This document shows, one piece after another, positions 36,966 to 48,278 of a stretch of DNA of 64,000 nt (position 1 is the stretch's first letter; each line of letters opens with the position of its first letter). The translations under genes were made by a program, and so were the position numbers. The stretch lies in the NCBI RefSeq assembly GCF_021028975.2, contig NC_059435.1, forward strand, positions 36,518,001 to 36,582,000, read 5' to 3'. The notes beneath the pieces were generated by a model, which had not been told where the DNA came from, ran no database searches, and saw only the letters and a list, made by a program, of their open reading frames with translations. The DNA is from Sphaerodactylus townsendi. Taxonomy: Eukaryota.

Positions 36966-37243
36966 AGATAAAGTTTCCCCTTCAGTCGTGTCCGACCCTG
37001 GGGTACCACTGCAAGCAGTGATTTCTTAGGCAAGCCGTTTTTGTGGGGCAGTTTGCCATTGCTTTCCCCGGCTATTCTTTACTCCCTAGCTATGTGCTAG
37101 GTACTCATTTACCGACCAAGGAATGGATGGATGACTGAGTTGACCATGAGCCAACTGCCAGAATATCTGACCCACAGGGGGCTCGAACTCCTCACTGTGT
37201 GAGTGGCAGTGCAAGCATTTAACCACTACACCACGCGGCTCTG
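36966..37243 (-). mobile_element. Sauria SINE, full length
   Basis: Minus-strand A box TGGTGTAGTGG, B box GAGTTCGAGCC, core GGTAAAATGAGTACC and BovB-like tail; 14-bp TSD TCTCCTTCCTTTAA (36952-65, 37244-57). Confidence 0.92.
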
Positions 37244-37581
37244 TCTCCTTCCTTTAAGGATAAGGTAAGGAGGGATACAGGCCAGGTATTGAGTTTGTTG
37301 GGTTTATACCTACAGCCTATGCACAGATTTCAAACAAGATTGAAAATATGCGAGATTTTACTTGAGAGTTTTTATTTTATGAACAGACACAATATTTCTT
37401 TACTTAGCCTCTTAGAAAAGGACAGTAAACATGTACCTTTTATACATAATAAGTGCAAATAACCTGAAATAATGAAACAGGCCCCTTACAGTACATTCTT
37501 ACATTCTTCTAAGTCCACTGAAGTAAATCAGCATAGAAGGGAGTAATTCTGCTTAGGATGACGCTGTTAGTGTACAATCTC

Positions 37582-38734
37582 CAGGGGTGTAGCTACAGAA
37601 CAGGGCACCCAGGGCAAGTGCTGAAATTTGTCCCCCAGGACTCGGTGGTGGGGGTATGCTGAGCCGCCCTACTTGTGCTAGAAGGAGGGAGGAGAGAAGG
37701 AAAAAGAAAGAAAGACAGACAGACGGACAGACAGACAGACAGCCTTGGGTGCCATCTATATATTTTATTTATATTTATATATTTTATTTATTTATTTATT
37801 ATTTAAACTTTTATACCGCCCCATAAGATCACTAACATTTGATTGCCCCAAATATCAGGGGGGAAGGTGAGTCTTAGCAACCATCTTTCTTTGGCTCTCA
37901 CCATCTTTCTTTGGTTCTCCTCCCCAAAGCTGATACCTCAAGGCTCAGCCATGCCGAAAGCCAGCCTGTGTGGCTTGCATTTGGCATCTTGGGTGTGCAC
38001 TTGCTTAGCCAGCCTGCCACTCTGGTAGGGCAATGGGATAGGGGCGTTAAATGCAGGCTGCGCAAGTGCCCCTCTCCGGCCCTCCACCCCCTCAGCTACC
38101 ACCCCATCTGCACTGGTCCGGTGGATGTACCTACATCAGCCCCAGATGTGTGTGTGCACCTGCTTGCACAAAGCCCTTCCCAAAGCTGCAGCCACAAAGT
38201 TGACCTTCCCTGCTGCACTTCCCATCAGGAGAAGCTGGGGCGGCAGGGGGGACATTTCTTAGTTCAGGTGGGGAGAATCCTTGAAAGGAGCTAGTTATAG
38301 AAAGTTTAAATTGATCCCAACAAGGCCACAGCAGAGTATCAGAAAGGGGGATTCCTGGAGAGGGCAAGAAGAAACTCTCCAGCCAGGCTGACAGCCAGGT
38401 TCCACCCTCCCCACAGCAGTTGTGGGTAGCTAAACAAACATGCTCCTTGCTCGCCTGCCTGCATTCTTCCTTCCTGCAGAGCAGGAGTTGGCACTAGGCA
38501 CTCTGGGGCAGACGGTCTGCTCCCCCACTGGCTTCTCGGGGCAGCCCACCTTGAGGAGCGCGTCATCACTTCTGCTCTTGGGCTTTCAGCTCGAGGCATG
38601 CCTTGACCTAGTCCTAGTCCCAACTTATTGCTCTTTGGGGGGGGATGAGGGGGTAGCCAAATGTTCCCACTGTTTGACCCACAAGAATGGCATCTAGGGC
38701 TTTAGCCCCCCAGGCCTCCGTCATTCCGCCTATG
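37582..38734. mobile_element. Non-autonomous hAT transposon
   Basis: Ends CAGGGGTGTA / TCCGCCTATG; 8-bp TSD ACAATCTC / ACAATTTC. Confidence 0.78.
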
Positions 38735-39459
38735 ACAATTTCCATGCCTTTCAGATGAAAATGAAGGCATAGAAGTGCCCTACTTTAAATGCTGAAATGA
38801 ACAATGAATAGGAGGAAGAAGGAGAAAAGGGAAGAGCTGTTCCACCTGCTGTATCATCCTCACAACAGGTAAAGTAGCCAAAGCAGAGGACCATTGCAAA
38901 AGCTATCAGAATATTATAAGATGTTACAGAACTAAGACAAAGAAACAAAGCATGAGGCCAACTAACTTGTATTTTTCCTTGGCTTTACATTTGAGGAACA
39001 TACACAAGCAAAGCTGAAACTTTGAAAGAGAGGCCAGTAATCCAAACTTCACTATATTTCTCCTTGTCCCCTGGTTCTTAGCTTGCACCCTTCCACACTG
39101 TTCACTCAGATTTTTAACTCTCTTCCAAAGAACTCTGAGGTTGGGGTTCTCTCTGAGCCCTCCCGAACTGGGATCTGGTTTTCACTGGTTCCTATCACAG
39201 CCGCTCTATCCAATCATAAACTGGTGAATGTACCTGATGTTCATGGCCCGACTCAGGATATCCGAACAGAACTCTATCTTTTTGTATTGTCAAAAAGAAT
39301 TCTATCTTGTTTCTTCCTGAAAAGTGAGCAATTGCCCATCTCTATCCTTCCCATTTGTCTCCTTAAATGGAGAATATCTCAATCTATCCAAGGAGTTTAT
39401 GGATTTGTTCCCAGGGGGCCAATGCCTCTTGCTTGTTAAATAAGGTATTCTGCATTCTT

Positions 39460-39733
39460 GCTGTTGTGGGTTTTCCAGACTGTGTGGCCAAGTTCTGGTA
39501 GTGTGGCCAAGTTCTGGTAGTTTCCTAATGCATCTATGGCTGGCATCTTCAGAGGCATGTTTCTCTCCATGCCACAGAGAGTAACACATCTTGCTGTAAC
39601 ATGCCTCAGAAGATGGCAGCCACAGATGTGGGAGAAGCATTTGGAGCAAAAACTACCAGATCATGGTCACACAGCACGGATGGAAAACCTACAACAGCTT
39701 GTTGATTCTGGCCATGAAAGCCTTCAACAATAC
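39460..39733 (+). mobile_element. Penelope pLTR with inverted partial copy (fold-back), two decayed hammerhead motifs
   Basis: GGCTGGCATCTTCAGAGG and CCTCAGAAGATGGCAGCC are inverted; the right arm has the extra ~33-nt tail GTTGATTCTGGCCATGAAAGCCTTCAACAATAC. Confidence 0.85.
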
Positions 39734-39810
39734 CCTGCATTCTTTCATCACAACAACAGGTATGCAAAAAGCTCTGGTCCTGTGACTCTGAAATGCTGCT
39801 CCTTCTCACA

Positions 39811-39951
39811 GGCTCATTCCGCACATGCAGAATAATGCACTTTCAAACTGCTTTCAGTGCTCTTTGAAGCTGTGCGGAATAGCAAAACCCATTTGCAAAC
39901 AGTTGTGGAAGTGGTTTGAAAACGCATTATTTTGCGTGTGCGGAAGGGGCC
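39811..39951. mobile_element. 141-bp PIF/Harbinger MITE
   Basis: TIRs GGCTCATTCCGCACA / TGTGCGGAAGGGGCC; ACA TSD. Confidence 0.92.
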
Positions 39952-41083
39952 ACAGTGTAGAGTATGGTCAGATGTGATGTAAGGAGGCTTTATATGTGTC
40001 ATACATTATAGCTGAAAGAAAGCAAAGAAACACTGTTTGGTAAACTGGTGAATGGAAACACAGATGCTGATTAATAAAATATGTATCACAGCATTCAAAA
40101 GTGAATGTATAGTTATCCTAAAGGATTCTGTTCTACTGAACGGAAGTCAGTCGTGGAAAGAACAGGCGATGACACAGTAGTGATAGGGTACATTGTATTG
40201 GGCAGAACCCCAGACACTTTCGCAGATGCTCTATTGACGACAGTACCAAGTAAAGTGTAAGCTGGAGTGCCAAGCATAGATTTCAAGCATGACTTGATTT
40301 TCACATCTCAGCAAATGTCGTGCACCATATGGCTGTATGACAGGGCTTCTGTGCGAAGCAGCTTCTATCAAATCTGCCACATGGAAGGGTATATCCCCTT
40401 ATAGCAACATTATTGTGCATGTACTTGTATCAAAATAACAAGAAGAATGGTAGAAGTTAGTCCCAGTGAGGGCAAACTTGCTTAAGGGTTTCCATACTTC
40501 TTCTTCCATTCATATTTTAAAATAAAAAAGATTTGGACAGTGCTATCTGTGGTACTGCAGGATGGGACAACCTCTTCCTGCCCAGACTCGTTGTGCTTCC
40601 CGCGTGCAAAATGTGAAGCTGGAACAGGTTGGGAACATTAAAGGAGCACAGGAGAAATTCATTTTTAAAAACTGACAGAGCTATCCCCTGTATTGATCCT
40701 ATTCTCACTTTGTTTATCTCCAGACATGAAGATATCAAAGTCAGGATTGCCTACTCTGACTGGCAGTGGCTGTCCAAGGTGTCCAGTGACATCACCCAGA
40801 TGATGGTGATGAATCTTCCTTTTGTAAGCGGCCAATAAAGGCCAACGCAGAAAAAATGAACAAGCACATTAAAAGTGTTCTGGCGAAAAAAAGGGAGATG
40901 GGAAGTTCCGTCCTCCAGCCTGTCCCAGCCAGGTGGAGGAGGGCATGCAAGGGAGGGAGGGGTAGCATGCAAGGGAGCGGAGGGACCCGGCACCCAGATA
41001 CGTCTGGCCCAAAGACTCTTAAAGTGATGGGGAGTGTGAGAGAGGGAGGGGGAGGGGGAGTATGCAAGGGAGGGGAGGGGATT

Positions 41084-41233
41084 NNNNNNNNNNNNNNNNN
41101 NNNNNNNNNNNNNNNNNNNNNNNNNNNNNNNNNNNNNNNNNNNNNNNNNNNNNNNNNNNNNNNNNNNNNNNNNNNNNNNNNNNNNNNNNNNNNNNNNNNN
41201 NNNNNNNNNNNNNNNNNNNNNNNNNNNNNNNNN
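41084..41233. other. Assembly gap (150 N) next to a G-rich repeat
   Basis: Run of N. The left flank (GCATGCAAGGGAGGG units) is homologous to the reverse complement of 61510-61680. Confidence 0.99.
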
Positions 41234-41581
41234 CTTTGGTTCCAGCCTGGCATAATCAGGACCAGTCTGCAAGGGTAATGTCCATGAAAATTGTTGAAAT
41301 TTATTGTCCTGGTTCATACATACTCAGAATGGAAGCAGTAGCTTAAATGTGCCCTGCACATGATTAGTGCTTGTTTCACCTGGAGAAGCCCTGAAGCCAT
41401 TGAATTGAGATGGGAATCCCACCCGCGGAATCATTAATACAATGGCATTTGAGTTTTTTATAGGGCTCCTTCACTGTTCAAAGTGAACTATAGACATCAG
41501 CACAAAATATTTACCTAGTGTTATGAAGTAGCTCAATATTCTTATTTAGGGCTGGGGGGAGTGTTATTAATAATTTTATAC

Positions 41582-41582
<1 letters not shown>

Positions 41583-41630
<48 letters not shown>
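41583..41630. repeat. (ATT)n microsatellite
   Basis: About 16 perfect ATT units. Confidence 0.95.
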
Positions 41631-43634
41631 TGTGAATCACTTTGAGCAGGTCTCTTGGAAGGGGGCATCTACATTTTTTAAATAAATAAATATTCTACAT
41701 TACAGGTGGGGAACAGGAGAGAGATTTAGTTTCATTCAAGGCCAGCCAATGACCTCTTGCCGATTAAGTGAGCCTTCGAACCCAAACACTTTATCGGCAC
41801 ATCCCAATTTTCAAGTCCTTAGTGAGCTACAAGCTATTCTGGCAGGACTGCTCATCTCTTTGAGAAGAAGGAAGACATTTTCATATACACCAGAAGGAAC
41901 ACAACCAGTAGCTGAATGGGAGACTATTTGGACTGGAGCCAAATAAGTTTATTGATAGCATGTCATCTCATCAACATGCTGCTGATGCTTCTTTTCCTTG
42001 GAAGTCAGTTTTCAAGAAGACATTTCAACCCTTTTAAAAGGTTGCCATATCGTTAGGCTTGGAAACCAGTACCAAGAGTTACATCCAGTGAAAATACTTT
42101 TCTCCTACCAGCCTGCCATACAGGTGGAGCTTTCTCAAGCGAAGCATTATTTCGTCTCTTTAAGATAAAGGTCAGGCCTTGTGGAGTGGTTGGTTTAGTA
42201 AACCTTAAACTTAGAAAAATTCTCCCAAAATAATTTGCTGCCATATTTCAAAGGTGGTGGTGAAGGGGGGGTCCTATCTGCAAAAAGGCAGCAAAAAGGC
42301 AGCAATAAAAGAGAGCCAAAAAATTGGATCCCCCCAAATGCTAATTTTTTTCAGCATTTTTTGGGTCTGTTTGATCTACTGCCTAAAAAAAGGAAAGAAA
42401 ACACCTATCCCCTTTTCCTTCCTGGACCGGTATTCTTCGGGCCAGGTATTCAGTGTTAGAATTGCATGTAATAAAGTCAAAATGCACTTCGAAGCCCAGG
42501 AAGTCTGTATGCTGGGTTAGCTTTGAACGGGCTCCATCTTTATGATGGAATGGTGGCAGAGGCTTGGGTTACGTTGGTCCCAGATTCCAGATGACTGTGC
42601 TATTCTATGAACAATGGTGACTTGATATCCAGACGGTAATCTGATATCAATACCAGCCACTTCGCTGTCCATAGTGTGAACGTGCCTCATTATACAGCCT
42701 CCGAAATATAAGATGATCGTGATCCTTGGTATGAAAAAACATAATGCACTTGGCAGTCCCGCGACTTCTCTTCGGTTTTTCCCTTCCGCCGTGAAATGTG
42801 ATGCACTCTTTTTGCAACCTTTACTCTGTGAAACTTCTAATTAATAGTGCATATTACTTTTAAAGAGATTGTGCTGGATTGAAATCTTCTTTTCCTTCTG
42901 TCCCTTTTTAAAGTTGTGTTTTTATATCCTTCATCTACCCATGATTCAGAATAACAAACAGCTCGTCCTAAAAAGTTCCCTGTTATCTATTTGAAATGTC
43001 TCACAATTGTCCTCTTTTTTAAAAAAAAACCCTAAAGACAAAATTTGAATAATTCATAGAGGTTCTGACCAGCAAGTGCATTCTCTGGCTTCTCTCCCTT
43101 GCTTTGTTTCATGTGGAGTGAAGGAACAGAATTCTGTTTGTAACTGCCCCTCTGTCATCTTGTCACTTGGAAGCCTTTGAGGTCCCCCACCATCAGAATT
43201 GACTTGACTGTAGCAATATTGTACAGCTGAGACAAGAGCTATGATCAGCACAACAGCGCTGTTAAAAATGTTATAGACTCTATAAAAACAATCACATCTG
43301 CTGTAAAATGGTAGCTGATCAACAGCGCCACATCATTCTCATCATAACTTAGCTTGACTTGTCTAGCTGGAGAAACAAATTACAGATAATTCCCTTTTTT
43401 CTTTCCACCCATTATTGTGCAAAGTGATACAATGTCCCCATTTGCTGCCAGACCTCTAGAGATTTCAAGAGAGAACAATGGTTTTCAAATGATAAAAGAT
43501 GTGATGTGGGTTTGTAAACGGTCTGGCTAGTGATTCTAACTCTGTATAAAAAACTTCAGCAACCAAAACTAAATAATGCATAGCATGTTTTCTTGGGTTT
43601 TACAGGGACAGCACATAAGCATATAAAGGAGAAG

Positions 43635-43921
43635 GAGAGTCAGTGTGGTGTATTGGTTAAGAGCAGGTGCACCGGGTTTTTCCCCCCACTCCTCTACTTG
43701 AGTAGCAGACTGGTAAATCAGATTTATTTCCCCACTCCTACATATGAAACCTGCTGGGTGACCTTGGACTAGTCACAGCTCTTCAGAATTCTCTCAACCT
43801 CATCTACCTCACAAGGTGTCTGTTGAGGGAGAGGAAGGGAAAGGAATTCATAAGACTCTTTGAATCTCCTTACAGGAGAGAAAAGTGGGGTATAAATCCA
43901 AAACTCTTATTCTCTCTTCTC
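43635..43921 (+). mobile_element. tRNA-derived SINE (Squam3-like)
   Basis: TGTGGTGTATTGGTTAAGAGC head and TATAAATCCAAAACTC tail. Confidence 0.85.
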
Positions 43922-44199
43922 TAAAGCCCTGATCCACTTGGGATGCAGAGGCAGTATTGTTTTGAATTGTTTGCATACTAAGTACATTTTGTTGAAAAAG
44001 AAACAAATATAGAGCACATATATTGTTACGTACAAAAGTTTCAGCATCATTCCTGGCACATCCAGTTAAGTGTCCAAGTTAAATGTTCCCGTTAAGTATC
44101 TCTAGCTAAGATCCTGGAGAGACACTGCCTGTCAGAGTGGACTATATTGAACTAAACAGATGCATGGTTTTACTGAATGAAAGGCAGCTTGATATGTAT

Positions 44200-44640
44200 G
44201 GCGGATTCCAAATAGCATAAATGTAACATCTTTAGGATGTTATTAAAATATCCATTTTGTGACGCCAGTCCTGCTGCAGTCAAGTGGTTAAACCCAAACG
44301 AAATTTTTTTTCCTGCCTGCTGCAATGGAGTCTCTGAAGCCGCCTTCGACCGTGGTCTTCTGTACTACAGCAGATTCTCCATGGAGATTCCCCACAGAAG
44401 TTTCCTCTGCTTGCAGCTGATTCTTTTTCGGCGGCCTTTGCTGAAAATGAGATGAAATAAAGCCTGGCTACCTAGCAAGTGGTACCGTAAGGCACATCTC
44501 CTTTTTCCTTTTCGTTTGTTTTGAGGGGGATGTCTGTGAAGCTACAACACCACAATTAGAGTAGCTGCAATATGCACATGTTTGTGCTGTCGTAGCTTCA
44601 CAAACATCCCCCTCAAAATGAGAAAACCCCCTCAAAACAT
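44200..44640. mobile_element. Half copy of the 26956-27851 Harbinger family (inverted)
   Basis: CAGCAGATTCTCCATGGAGATTCCCCACAGAAGTTTCCTCTGCTTG is the reverse-complement homolog of ~27510-27560; same central hairpin (44519-44618). Confidence 0.82.
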
Positions 44641-45499
44641 CTGGTGCCCTCCACAACTTGGGAGTCAACCTAGTATGGACTGATAGACTGGTTGGAACAG
44701 CCTACAAAAGCTTGAACAATGCCCGTGATACGACGACTTTTCATACAGGGTAGCCATTGCCTTCTTTGAGGGAATTCCGGGAATTCTTTGTAGCAAAATC
44801 ACGAAATTTCATACTACAGAATTGAAATTCCTAGAATACTGTAGGATGGGCGAAAAGGAGATGGGGACACTTAAGTGAAGTTAGATTTATATCCAAGGAT
44901 GCCCTCAGAAGCTGGTTGAACAGATTTAGTCACTTGAAGGTAAAAGTAGCCATGAAAAAGATAATACGGAGCTACCGTGAGTCATTTAGGTCCTGGTCAC
45001 ATGCCGTCCTCAGAACAGTATAATAATAATTACGCTACCTGCCCTGGCAAAGAGCCTGCATGCATATGTTTTAGGCAACTATCTCTGTTGCAGTGCTCAA
45101 AATCCAATGGCCATTGGCAAGGAAAATCTCCAGCGTGGCTACCAAAGTGGGAAATCCCAAAATGCATACTTTCGCTTCGGTTGAAATGCAGCTAGGATGG
45201 GGGAGGTGGTAATTTGGCTGAGGCAATGCCCCAATTATATGAACGCATTGCCACAGCGTTGCAAAGTTCCGCAAGTCAAAATTCATACGAGATTTCAGCT
45301 TATGGAAACCTGCGTAAACTTTGAGAGTCGCAGAGCGGTAGATGGAGTTCCAAACGGTGAGTTCATCTCTCCAAAGCTGCCATTTTCTCTAGTGTTCCTG
45401 GTCTCCCCATAGCTCCCGCCCGCCTAACGCGCCGTAGTCCGCAGCGGTTACTCGCACAGCGTCGAGGCTCTGGGGATATTCTGTTCTTTTACCACTGCG

Positions 45500-45782
45500 C
45501 CTGTAAGTCGCGAGGGCAGGGGCACGCGCCCCAGGCCTCAGCGACGTGCTGGACGGCCACAAACATGGTAGGTGGACGGTGACAAGGGGGGAGGGAGGGC
45601 GCCTTTGAGCTGCTGCCGTTCGCACGGCAGCGGCTTGAAGCCGTCATTTTCCAAAAACCTCACTGGGGAAGCGAGGTCGGAAAACGAGCGGCGCGGCTGT
45701 GAAGCAGCTGCGCCCCCTGTGCAAACGGCTCCCTGTTTTTGCCATCCCCAGGGTGCCATATGTGGCCCGTGCGGAAAGGTCC
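45500..45782. mobile_element. Partial Harbinger MITE (54862 family, inverted)
   Basis: GCTGCCGTTCGCACGGCAG and GCAGCTGCGCCCCCTGTGCAAA are shared with 54862-55359; terminus GTGCGGAAAGGTCC. Confidence 0.85.
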
Positions 45783-47404
45783 TACGATGCAGCATAGCTT
45801 TTGTTTCTATTACTATGCAGCATGCTATTTGTACATTTGTAGTTACCTAATTTTTGTAGCACTGTATCATATACTTATTTAAATGTATTTCAAATGATAA
45901 CATGTTTGAAGTGATTTACAGTGAGATTCATTAAATATGTATGTTTTAGATTTTATTCCAATTTTCAGTAATGTCTTCATATTTTGTCTTCTCAACTTTC
46001 TGATAACAGATCTGCTTTTTCTTTTCCTTTGTTCATGAAAACAACTTTATTCACAAAATGAGGCTGTGTAATATTCAACTTCTTTTTCAAATTCTGTACT
46101 TAAAAAAAAAAATTCTGTACCTTTTGACTCCGCATCTTGGTCAAATCTTTTTAGTCAAATTCATGTGATTTTTTTAATCTGGTGTGTATTAGTGTTAAAG
46201 ACCCTTCTATAATTGCAGTACTACTGAGGATATGTGCAGAAACACAAGCATGCCTAAAATAGAAGCACTAATGTTACTTTTACTAAGCTGTAATTGTAAT
46301 GAAAGATTTAATCATTTGCTGCTAGTTCATTGTTCCACTGAATCCCATTAAGGACACTTGCAGGCTTGTAACAACTTCAGCAAGGAAAAGAACAAAGCGA
46401 GCTGGGAGAAAGTGAATCCTTTAAAACCATTTTGAGCTGTTGGGTTTCCAATTTTAGCAAGCAAATCTCAAGTTTGACCTATGAGAGATGAGAATGTATC
46501 AGGAGACTATGTCAGGTCTTTGATATTAGCTCTGAATATAAGCCCAAAACATATCCCAAGGGACTTTAGCCCAGAAATATCTAACTCAGAAGCATTATAT
46601 TGACTTTAGCAGATACAGTCTACAGTAGCCATAAGCCATACAGATGTTCCTGGTTATCCAGGGTATAAAAGCCTTTTTTAAAAAGTTTAAATCCCATGGC
46701 AGGTTAATGAAACCAGCTGGTTCTGTATCTCATATTTAATACCAATCATTGCATCTCTCGTTTAAACAGTCACCTTTAAAAAAAACCACACATACACAAA
46801 ATTTGAGGACTGACTATAGTTTTCACTTTCCAGTGGGGAAATTCCTGGAGATTTTTGGGTGAGACCTGGGAAGTTATGAGTAAGTGGTACTCACCACAAT
46901 CAGATGGAAGAAAAATTAATTATTTCACTTTTATCTCATCTTCCTTCCAAGGAACCTTTCGGCTTTTTTAGGGTTTATTTTCAGATGAAAATAAAAACCC
47001 ATTATCCAGGTGAAACAATCGCTGTGACTGAAAAAAAGCCCAATGGCTTTCGGCATGGGGAGGCAGCAGAGCTGAGCTCAGGGGTTAACTCAGCCAATCC
47101 AGTTCTCCCTTGCTGCCATTGAAGTCTGAGTCACCTTCAGAGATGGTGGGCCAATCAGGAGAGCTGTGTACAGAGGAGATCCAAAGAAGCAAAAAAACCC
47201 AAAACCCAACACCCCCCCCCCTGACATAGGGTTTGACTTTTTTCAGCTTTTGCAAAAAATTTCAGGGTTTTTTAAAGCTGAACCTAAAAAAGACCAGAAA
47301 AATTAGTGCACCCCTTGGTCATTAATTCATAGTCACCATAAGTCAGAAGCAACTGGATGCAAAATCACACACACAGGATGAATGTGAGGCTTGAATCTAA
47401 TGTA

Positions 47405-47807
47405 TGCTTGCCAAACCCCCCTACCAGAGGCAGGAGATCCCCTGCTTTGGGACCCCTTCCCCAGCACTGTTCAACCAGCTGGTTGGTGTGTGTGTGTGTA
47501 TGTGTGTTTACCAGCAGCAAACCAAGTTCTAGGCTGCTGTCATTGGCAATGCATTGACATCACTTCCAGTGAACACCAGAAATGACATCATCATGTCATT
47601 GGTGATGTAGAGACACTCTGATATTTGAACAAAAGTGGCTTATACCATACAGTTTTGCAAAGTACCAGAGCATCTTCATGATACCAGTGACATAACATCC
47701 AGTGCACTTCAGAAGTGATATCAACACATTGCCAAAAACAGATGTCTAGGCCTCAATTTGCTGTCAGTAAGTTTCCCCACTTCCTCAGGTCGGCAGGGGC
47801 AACCCTA
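47405..47807. mobile_element. Old MITE with (TA)GGGTTGCC-type ends and TGACATCACTTCC palindromes
   Basis: Ends GGCAACCCTA; related motifs at ~50000-50150 and 54515-54860. Confidence 0.6.
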
Positions 47808-47975
47808 ACCAAATGCTCCTCCTGGCCCTCTATAATAGGCCCTGCTTGTTACTCTCCTCCATCATCTGTCTCTCCAGTATTAAACACCCCCCCCCCATTT
47901 TATTTATTTTACTGTAATAGGCCGGACTATTAGGCATATGTCCACTTGAATGAAATAATGTGACATACAGCAGAC

Positions 47976-48278
47976 CAGTGGTCTACAACTTTGTTGAGCT
48001 TATGGTATTTTTGGAATTCTGACACAGCATGCTACAAAATGGCTGCAACAGACAGAGCCTATGATACAACGGCTGCTATACCTGATCGCTAGTCATATGA
48101 TGAAGGTCCTTTGTGGTAACTGCTGGTGAAGCAACATTTTGTTTAAATTTTGCACAGCCAATCAAATCTCCAATGGTCAATGGCAAAAGACCCATCTGGC
48201 CTTGCCCACTTTCTAAAACACTTGGTGGCTGTCTGGAAAGGTCTCTGCAGGCTCATGGGCACCACACTGAGGACTCCT
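47976..48278. mobile_element. hAT-Charlie-type MITE, old
   Basis: CAGTGGTCTACAAC start and GGGCACCACACTGAGGACTCCT end. Confidence 0.55.

Noticed and set aside
40751-41346. ORFs spanning the N run
   Set aside because: Artefact of translating the assembly gap.
42517-42690. dUTPase-like GIDIRLPSGY peptide
   Set aside because: RSG/RSS and G.ID..Y.G motifs are missing, and the region is probably noisy.
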